NCBI GenBank assembly: GCA_963665665.1
Contig: OY762428.1
Coordinates: 2,880,001 to 2,944,000 of the forward strand
Source: Candidatus Kapaibacterium sp.
Lineage (GTDB): Bacteria; Bacteroidota; Ignavibacteria; Kapaibacteriales; UBA2268
DNA length: 64,000 nt
Direction: 5' to 3'
Shown here in pieces: positions 57,071 through 64,000 of this stretch (positions are counted from its first letter, which is position 1; each line of letters begins with the position of its first letter). Made by a program: the position numbers and the translations under genes. The notes below the pieces were generated by a model. That model had not been told where the DNA came from, did no database searches, and saw only the letters and a list, made by a program, of their open reading frames with translations.

Positions 57071-58516
57071 ATGGGAATAATCAGTAAACTAAAAAATGTA
57101 TTTGCAGAGAAAAATGATGTAAAAGAATCACGGCCGTATCCTCTCGGTGTCATTGCCAGCAGGCAGGCCTTTTCTTATTCGCTTCTGAATGAGATCCTTC
57201 CGAATCCGGATTTGATCCTGAAAAAGAATGATGAGACTTTAGAGACTTACAGGAATTTTCTTTATGATGCCCATGTAGCAAGCTGTGTGCAGTCCAGAAA
57301 GTCAGGCATTCTCAGTATGGAATGGGAAATAAACCGGGGAGCAAAGAAAAGCCAGGAAGCTGAGTTTATTGAGAATATTTTCAATGATCTGAATATCCGA
57401 CAGATAATCAATGAGATACTTGATGCCCCTTTGTACGGTTTCAAGCCACTTGAAATATACTGGGGTGAAACAAATGGAATGATTATTCCCAAAGAGGTGA
57501 AAGGTAAACCTCCCTGGTGGTTCTTCTATGATACTAATAATATGCTCAGGTTTAAGGATAAGAACAAACAGTTCGGAGTGCTGATACCAAATAAAAAGTT
57601 TCTGGTTGTTCAGAGTAATGCAAGTTATGATAATCCTTACGGGGATGCCGTCCTTGCCAAATGTTATTATCCGGTCATCTTTAAGAAAGGCGGTATGAAG
57701 CTCTGGTCAATCTTTACCCAGAAGTATGGAATGCCTTTTCTTCATGGTAAAATTGGATTAGGTAAAGGACAGGAAGAAGCTTACGAACTGTTTAATGTTC
57801 TTGAAAAGCTACAGCAGGACGGCATCGCCATTACCGAGGAAGAGGTTGATATTGAAATTCTTGAATCTTCAAAAACAAGTTCTTCTGATATTTACAGGAA
57901 CCTGCTTCACTTCTGCAATGCAGAGATTTCCAAAGCTATATTATCTCAAACACTGACAACGGAACAGGGCGATACTGGCTCTTATGCAATGTCGCAGACT
58001 CATCTCCAGGTCAGGAAAGATGTAGTGGACTCAGACAAACAGCTTGTAGAAATTTGGATGAATAATCTCATCGAGTGGATCATAGAATACAACTTCAATT
58101 CAATATCAGAGATGCCTAAGTTTGTTTTGTTTGAGGAAGAAGATGTAGATATGACGCTTGCCCAGCGTGACCAGACCCTAGCATCCACAAATCAGATCAC
58201 ATTTACCAAGGAATATTTCAAAAGGAATTATGGCTTTAAAGATGATGAAATTGAAGTTGGTAAGAAAGAAATAAAAACTGAATTTTCGGAAAATCCGGAT
58301 TATGGAATTACAGATTTAAACCAATTCGACGAACTTACTCAGGAAATTATCAAACCAGTCCTGAAAATGATTGAAGAGAAGAAGTCCTTTGAAGAAATTC
58401 AGCATGGTATTGTTGAGCTGTTCCCTGATCTCGACACCAAACAGCTTGAAGATTATCTGGCAAAAGCTATCCTGGTTGCTTCCGGCAGCGGAATAATCGA
58501 AGCAGGATGCATCTGA
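57071..58516 (+). CDS. Portal protein (Mu gp29/DUF935-like)
   Basis: DAHV.S..Q.RK, NPYG..L..CY, KYGMP, EISKAIL.QTLTT, GSYA...H. Confidence 0.9.
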   Translation: MGIISKLKNVFAEKNDVKESRPYPLGVIASRQAFSYSLLNEILPNPDLILKKNDETLETYRNFLYDAHVASCVQSRKSGILSMEWEINRGAKKSQEAEFIENIFNDLNIRQIINEILDAPLYGFKPLEIYWGETNGMIIPKEVKGKPPWWFFYDTNNMLRFKDKNKQFGVLIPNKKFLVVQSNASYDNPYGDAVLAKCYYPVIFKKGGMKLWSIFTQKYGMPFLHGKIGLGKGQEEAYELFNVLEKLQQDGIAITEEEVDIEILESSKTSSSDIYRNLLHFCNAEISKAILSQTLTTEQGDTGSYAMSQTHLQVRKDVVDSDKQLVEIWMNNLIEWIIEYNFNSISEMPKFVLFEEEDVDMTLAQRDQTLASTNQITFTKEYFKRNYGFKDDEIEVGKKEIKTEFSENPDYGITDLNQFDELTQEIIKPVLKMIEEKKSFEEIQHGIVELFPDLDTKQLEDYLAKAILVASGSGIIEAGCI

Positions 58517-59247
58517 TGAACTATTTCGGGGAATATTATAAATCCTATGGAAAAGTACCTTCATACACATTTGAAAGCCCTTTTGATGTATCTTTTAAGC
58601 TCCCTCCGGAAAAAGCCCTGGCGTGGCTTAAAGAAAGAGGCAAAAATCTAAAGCTAAGTATTGACTGGGACGAACTTGACGCCGAAGCACATGATAAAGC
58701 CTTTACAGTAGCAAAAGTGTTATCAGCAGATATTCTACAGCTTATATATGATCATGTTGAAAAAGCTAAGAAAGAAGGACAGACTTTAAAGCAGTTTCGG
58801 GATGAACTTTTACCAAAGCTCCAGGAGTCCGGATGGTCTGGTGCAACACCATCACGTCTGAAAGTTATTTATGATACTAATTTACAGATGTCGTATTCAA
58901 AAGGTAAATTCCGTCAGCATAAGCTAATTGCAAATATGTATCCCTACTGGAAATACAAACAGATCCAGAGAGCTACAAAACGGCACGATCACAGCCTTCT
59001 CGACGGTAAAGTATTCAAACATGATGACCCGATTTGGGATTTGATATATCCACCTTCCGGATTCGGCTGTAAATGTTCTGTTGTTCCTATTAAAGATGGC
59101 AGTAAAGCAGAGAAAGGTTCGGATTATTTGCAGAAGGTCAAGGCCAGCGGAGAATTTCAGTTAACTCCACTCAAAGCATGGAAGCCAGATACAGAAGTGT
59201 ATGTTACCGGGATTAGAGAGAAGTTAATAGGAATGCTGAAAATATGA
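58516..59247 (+). CDS. Head morphogenesis protein (Mu gpF/gp30-like)
   Basis: AFTVAK, RLKVIYDTN, PYW.Y, HDDP.W..YPP.GFGCKCSV. Confidence 0.9.
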   Translation: MNYFGEYYKSYGKVPSYTFESPFDVSFKLPPEKALAWLKERGKNLKLSIDWDELDAEAHDKAFTVAKVLSADILQLIYDHVEKAKKEGQTLKQFRDELLPKLQESGWSGATPSRLKVIYDTNLQMSYSKGKFRQHKLIANMYPYWKYKQIQRATKRHDHSLLDGKVFKHDDPIWDLIYPPSGFGCKCSVVPIKDGSKAEKGSDYLQKVKASGEFQLTPLKAWKPDTEVYVTGIREKLIGMLKI

Positions 59248-59825
59248 TCAAACAGGAAATAATAGACAACCTGAATCATACCTTCCGGGAAATCAGAAAG
59301 CAGTACGATGATCTTTCGCCTGTATTGGAAATGGTTTCAGCTTTAATAGATCGGGCAATTACAGCGAACTTCGATTCTCGCGGCCGCTGGGATGGAGATG
59401 AATCCAATATCGGATTATTCTCCGGAGGCTCACAGAAATGGAAAGCCCTTGCCGGCTCAACTAAATCTGACTATGAAAAATACGGCTACGAATTGCAGCC
59501 AACCTTGAACAGGACAAAAGGGCTTATGTCCTCAATAGAAGTGCGCCCACAAGGTAAATCCTCAGTAATAATCTCAGCAAATGCTCCTTACGCTGCTATC
59601 CACAACTATGGTGGAATTGTAAAACCTTCGATAACAATCACTCCCCGAATGCGGAACTTTTTCTGGTACAAATTCTATGAAACAGGCTTGGTTTCCTGGA
59701 AGGCTATGGCTCTGACCAAAAAGAAAAAGCTGAAACCTGTTATCGAGATTCCAGCCAGACCTTTTATTACTCTTACTGAAGAGGATTTGGAAGAGATAAT
59801 TTCAATTCTAAAAATTAATCTCTGA
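59244..59825 (+). CDS. Virion morphogenesis protein (Mu gpG-like)
   Basis: NF...G..W..L, YAAIHNYGG, IPARPF. Confidence 0.88.
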   Translation: MIKQEIIDNLNHTFREIRKQYDDLSPVLEMVSALIDRAITANFDSRGRWDGDESNIGLFSGGSQKWKALAGSTKSDYEKYGYELQPTLNRTKGLMSSIEVRPQGKSSVIISANAPYAAIHNYGGIVKPSITITPRMRNFFWYKFYETGLVSWKAMALTKKKKLKPVIEIPARPFITLTEEDLEEIISILKINL

Positions 59826-59853
59826 AGTTATTAAATTTCAATTAAATTGATTA

Positions 59854-61884
59854 TCAAGACGATAATCCTAATTTATCAAAGAAAGCTTGGTTTCTTTCTT
59901 TTGCTGCTTTTACCAATTTATCAAAGGAAATAACTTCAATATAGGCATTATAATTATCGTTATAGCCGAAATACCCCATCTTATCATAAGAAATCTTCAA
60001 TCCAAATAGTTTACACCTTTCTTTCACAGATGAAGTTAAGTCACTCAAAACATAACAAAATCCTGGAACATTTTGAGATTCAGGAATCGGCCTTCCCGAA
60101 TGAGTATTTACTTTACCTTCACGTACTCGTTCTAAATATTTTAATGCTTGCTCGATTGGGTCTTTTTCCTCTCCAGATTTTGCATCATTTCTCATTGGTC
60201 TTTTTATTTCAATAACTATTATTGATGCTAATGGTAGTTCTTCACCATCATTAACAAGTAAGGGATTGTCAAATACATTTAATCCCATAATATCAGGTTC
60301 TTTTGTTTTTGTAGAATCTGTAATTGGCATAGACTTTAATGTTTTATCTGAAGCTAAATAATTGTGAAATGCAAATCTTTCATCAACTAACCATAGATTA
60401 CTGTCATCGGATTTAATTTCTTGACTTTCTTTACCCATTGGCATAATTAATTGGTGTATAAAGTCCTCACGGATATACTTGCCATCTGATTGTTTCTGAA
60501 TTGCCTTATTCAGAAGTTCGATAATTACTTTTCTATGTGAAACATAGCTGGCTAAATCAGATTTTTTTATATCTGATGCTTTTAAAAGATAATCATTTAA
60601 TTTTGCTTCATACTCATCTATCTCAAGAATTGTTTCTTGACTTAAGAGAGTGTGACCATCATCAAGAAGTTTACTTTCAATATCAAACAAATATTTATGC
60701 AATGTAAGTTCAAGATCTTTGTCATTAATATTAGGGTCGACTGCAAGATCATCTTCTGAAATTGAGTTTAAAATTGATTTGTACTTTGGTGCCCGGTTTG
60801 CAACAAAATTATCTACTCTTTCTCTTCCTTTCTTTTTGTTTTCTATCAAATATCCACTCAAATACTCTGAAATATGCTCAATCATTTTAGTTCTAATATC
60901 TTTAAAAGATAAGTCACTATCTTCAAAAAGCCCATCTGACTCGTCTTGGATGTTAAATCCAATTCGTTCGGGTCTTACTGATTCGTCAAGATATTCAGAA
61001 GTTATGAATCCAAGATAAGTAAATGTCTTCTCGTCTTCTCCTATTAATGCACCATATAAACCCGGTATTTTTCCATTGATATTCTCGTCTTTAACAACTC
61101 TATTTCCTGCACAATATGCAATTGAATGTTGTCTTGATGAAGTAGTAAGCAGTTTAACATGAATTAGGTTAAATTCTTTTTCTTTGTGTTCGATTTTTTC
61201 AACGAAAGATGATTCAATCATATACTCCTCAAAAATTGTATCAAGATTTTGAAGATCCTCTCCATCATTGACAGTTATTTTGGGAATACCTCCACCTCTG
61301 ATGAAATACCAGAGGCAATGCTCTAATAGTTCTTTTGCAATGGTTTCCGCAGTTTTTTTTGAATATTTTAAATATGGTTTCTTGAATCCAATTAAAGAAA
61401 GTTCAGTTTTTAAGTCTAGTGGTTCAGATATACTTAACAGATTTTCATTGCAAACATCATTTTCAACTTCAAAATCAAATGTTCTTTTTTGGTGATTCCC
61501 TTCAGAATCTTTAAAAATACTTATAACTGATACTTTTTCAAATGCTTTTAACCATAAAAGTCTGCCAATACCACGGCATCCTTTTTCGGCTTTATAATCA
61601 GAATCAAATGTTTGAAATGAAATATAGTTATTATTATCAAATCCAATTCCATTATCGGTGATTTTAAACCCAGTAATTTCAGGCTTTTGACCAGTTTCTA
61701 AATCTAAAGCAATTTGATTTGACCTAATAATGTCGACTCTAATATAAGACTCCTCAAAATCAATACCTCTTTCTTCAATTGAATGAATTGAATTGACGAC
61801 AGCTTCAAAAAGTGGCAAAAGTGCATGTGTTTTAGGCAATGTCGTATTTTTTAATCTGCCTTTCAAAAAAGTATTCATACTCAT
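59854..61884 (-). CDS. GHKL (MORC-like) ATPase fused to a C-terminal PD-(D/E)XK nuclease (cargo, candidate defence gene)
   Basis: EAVVNSIH, ITDNGIGF, GCRGIGR (GHKL boxes); EPDI..VIEIKRP..EQ...Y..EVISFDKL. Confidence 0.8.
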   Translation of the reverse strand: MSMNTFLKGRLKNTTLPKTHALLPLFEAVVNSIHSIEERGIDFEESYIRVDIIRSNQIALDLETGQKPEITGFKITDNGIGFDNNNYISFQTFDSDYKAEKGCRGIGRLLWLKAFEKVSVISIFKDSEGNHQKRTFDFEVENDVCNENLLSISEPLDLKTELSLIGFKKPYLKYSKKTAETIAKELLEHCLWYFIRGGGIPKITVNDGEDLQNLDTIFEEYMIESSFVEKIEHKEKEFNLIHVKLLTTSSRQHSIAYCAGNRVVKDENINGKIPGLYGALIGEDEKTFTYLGFITSEYLDESVRPERIGFNIQDESDGLFEDSDLSFKDIRTKMIEHISEYLSGYLIENKKKGRERVDNFVANRAPKYKSILNSISEDDLAVDPNINDKDLELTLHKYLFDIESKLLDDGHTLLSQETILEIDEYEAKLNDYLLKASDIKKSDLASYVSHRKVIIELLNKAIQKQSDGKYIREDFIHQLIMPMGKESQEIKSDDSNLWLVDERFAFHNYLASDKTLKSMPITDSTKTKEPDIMGLNVFDNPLLVNDGEELPLASIIVIEIKRPMRNDAKSGEEKDPIEQALKYLERVREGKVNTHSGRPIPESQNVPGFCYVLSDLTSSVKERCKLFGLKISYDKMGYFGYNDNYNAYIEVISFDKLVKAAKERNQAFFDKLGLSS

Positions 61885-61974
61885 ATTTTATCCAAAAGGA
61901 AAAAAAACTAACAATACAATTAATAAAACTCAATATAAATAAAAGTCATTAATTACTAATAAAATGTTTATTAT

Positions 61975-62247
61975 TTACCCCATTTCCCTCATAATCTTAC
62001 CGACAACCCTTTCATTCATACCAAGCTCCCGGGCAATTTTCTTTATCGGAATTTCTTTAGCATTGGCTTTGATATAGCGTTCAACGAGAGAACGGAGAGA
62101 TGTAAACATCGGGATGGATACAGTTATTCCGCCCAATTCTCTGATAAGGGTTCTGGCAGTTTCAATACCGCAGGTTTCGGATACGATCTGGAAATGCTCC
62201 GGTAAGTCCTGCTCTTCAAGCAAGTTGATTATTTTGTCGTTTCTCAT
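61975..62247 (-). CDS. Mor/C-family transcription activator
   Basis: DLPE....E..G.E.A..L...LGG..V.IP dimerisation motif plus C-terminal HTH (KKIARELGMNERVV). Confidence 0.8.
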   Translation of the reverse strand: MRNDKIINLLEEQDLPEHFQIVSETCGIETARTLIRELGGITVSIPMFTSLRSLVERYIKANAKEIPIKKIARELGMNERVVGKIMREMG

Positions 62248-62335
62248 TTATCTTCCTCTTTATTAATGATTCTTTGATACTAAGACTGATTCCGATACAT
62301 CGGAACCAGCCGGTGAAATTAATATGTATATGCTG

Positions 62336-64000
62336 CTAAAAGCCTACGTCATCGTCGTTTTTGTCCTCCCATTCTGTGAGCCAATCTGAAGGATAGCCAT
62401 CGTCACAGAGTTTTACGTACTTATCCAGCTCATTGGATTTATTTCTACTGTCTTTTTCGATATACCGTTGACAGGATACATCGAAATCGAACTTGGAGAA
62501 TCCGGTTTTGCCGATGAACTTATGCTTGACTTTCTGGACATAAACTATCGGATAACTCGTTGTAAAATCCTCTGAGAACTGCCTGTAAACAACCATTCCG
62601 TTGTCAGCGATGTTGAACCAATTTGCAGAACCCGATATATCATACAGAGTCGGGACTTCAAATAGTTTACTATCCTTTTTTCTTTGCATTTTCCGGGGGT
62701 GTGCAACCAGTACCAGGTGGATATCATGAATCCTCGCAAAATACTTGAGCTGATTAAGCACTTTTCCGGTATAAATGGTTTCAGAATCGCTCCCATACTG
62801 ATGCTCGAGAGTGTTCCATGGATCAAGGATGAGCCCTTTTATGCCATGTTTGAGTACCAATCCGCTTGCTGCTTCAAGAATCCTCTCAAGCCTGTATTCT
62901 TCATTATTTGGCAGGATAAAGAAAATCTGGTCATTGATAAAATCCCGAGCTTTTTCCATTTCTTCCATTGTCATGCGATTGTTGTACTCCTTCAGAAATG
63001 GTTTGCCAACCAGGATTTCACATAACCTTAGTAGATGAATCTCGATAGTGGCATTCTCCGGAGAGAAGATACCCCATCGCCAGCTGTGATTAATTGCTAG
63101 CTTGATCATCAGTTGATCCATGAAGTTACTCTTTCCATGCGAAGGAATTCCGGTAACGATTGTAAGCTGTGAACCATAGAATGTCATAAGCTCGTCAAAT
63201 TCAGGATAACCTGACTTTGCACCTTGTGGAAAACCATTCTCGTACAAATCCTTAAGCTCTGCCATACGATCATTGGCATAATGCACCCCTTCAACAGGAT
63301 ACATTTCAGCTTTCTCAAGGCATTCCCTGAGCTTTTCCTTTCCATGCTTCATCAGGACTTCATTTGCATCTTTGCAGTCCTTTGGATAACGAACAATCCA
63401 GGTTCGGTTCTTACCAAGCCTTCTTGCAAGTTCTTCTTTTAATCTTATTCCAGGACCATCAGAATCGGTAGCAATATAAATCTTCCTGATATTCCTGAAA
63501 TATCCCGAGCAGTTATCGAGGTAAGTAAGCTTTGTATGTATCTGCTTTACATCCGGATTTATACCGCCATCAGGAACGGAAATAGCATTCGTGAAACCGG
63601 CCACTTCGAAAGATAGTGCATCCATTTCCCCCTCGGTAATTATGCAATCTTTCTGATCTTTGATGTCATTCAGTTTATAGAATATCTTACTGCCGCCTTT
63701 TACCTGCTGAAATATCTTATAAACATTACGATATTTGATATTTACCAGCTTGTCATCAAGATAGTAGTTGAAGCATATACAAGTATCTTCTTTGTTAAGC
63801 TGGGAGAGAAAAACTTTCTCAACAGTAATCCTGTTTCTGTCAACAACAGCTTTGGGAATTTTTCTCATCTCAAAGAACTGATATACCTTATCCGATGGAG
63901 ACACTGCATTTGATTTAATGGATTTCGGTATAAATACTTTAAGGTTTTCCTGCTCATATAATCCCCCTGCATACCCGCAATGATGACAGAACCAGGTCCC
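62336..64000 (-). CDS. Twinkle/T7 gp4-like primase-helicase (5' partial)
   Basis: Frame is open to the window end (GTWFCHHCGY zinc-binding motif); ITEGEMD, DSD TOPRIM, KDANE; TGIPSHGKS, LDPW, VAHP, DISGS. Confidence 0.92.
   Translation of the reverse strand, partial: GTWFCHHCGYAGGLYEQENLKVFIPKSIKSNAVSPSDKVYQFFEMRKIPKAVVDRNRITVEKVFLSQLNKEDTCICFNYYLDDKLVNIKYRNVYKIFQQVKGGSKIFYKLNDIKDQKDCIITEGEMDALSFEVAGFTNAISVPDGGINPDVKQIHTKLTYLDNCSGYFRNIRKIYIATDSDGPGIRLKEELARRLGKNRTWIVRYPKDCKDANEVLMKHGKEKLRECLEKAEMYPVEGVHYANDRMAELKDLYENGFPQGAKSGYPEFDELMTFYGSQLTIVTGIPSHGKSNFMDQLMIKLAINHSWRWGIFSPENATIEIHLLRLCEILVGKPFLKEYNNRMTMEEMEKARDFINDQIFFILPNNEEYRLERILEAASGLVLKHGIKGLILDPWNTLEHQYGSDSETIYTGKVLNQLKYFARIHDIHLVLVAHPRKMQRKKDSKLFEVPTLYDISGSANWFNIADNGMVVYRQFSEDFTTSYPIVYVQKVKHKFIGKTGFSKFDFDVSCQRYIEKDSRNKSNELDKYVKLCDDGYPSDWLTEWEDKNDDDVGF

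Larger units (their letters stand above)
18818..64000. mobile_element. Prophage (siphovirus-like, Mu-type head genes), apparently integrated at tRNA-Phe; right end beyond the window
   Basis: Tape measure, tail, lysis, capsid, protease, terminase, portal, Mor-like activator and primase-helicase genes start directly after the tRNA; integrase not in window. Confidence 0.9.

Noticed and set aside
18818-64000. Transposable Mu-like phage, tailocin or contractile injection system
   Set aside because: No transposase, sheath or baseplate wedge genes seen; capsid, terminase and primase-helicase are present and the element abuts a tRNA

Overview
Bacterial chromosome segment, most likely from an FCB-group lineage such as Kapabacteria/Ignavibacteria. 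This is an inference from TAnnTTTG-type promoters occurring together with Shine-Dalgarno sites, and from vWA/ASH/FISUMP and WG-repeat proteins. Positions 1-18.8 kb are host genes: an AlbA/RecG-C regulator flanked by a 23-bp direct repeat, a 2841-aa multi-glycosyltransferase/methyltransferase, nfeD, an amidohydrolase-opine dehydrogenase-MFS operon with a structured leader, groES, glutaredoxin, ArsR, plsC and tRNA-Phe. From the 3' end of tRNA-Phe to beyond the window end lies a prophage with Mu-like head genes, a non-contractile tail in permuted order, a lysis cassette, a Mor/C-type activator and a Twinkle-like primase-helicase. The main discovery is a ~55-bp element (dyad core CAYT-N-ARTR ... 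ATAC, 12-bp spacer, TAnnTT box) present six times. Each copy heads a block of late genes and sits at the junction with an unrelated cargo gene (McrBC, a DUF6602-like nuclease, vWA/OmpA, a secreted protein, a WG-repeat lipoprotein), suggesting a modular late-promoter and cargo-slot architecture. One copy drives a five-gene putative DNA-modification operon (MTase, PAPS-reductase-like, small protein, amino-MTase, ParB-like) that runs directly into the terminase genes. All family calls come from motif recognition by eye; no database searches were run.
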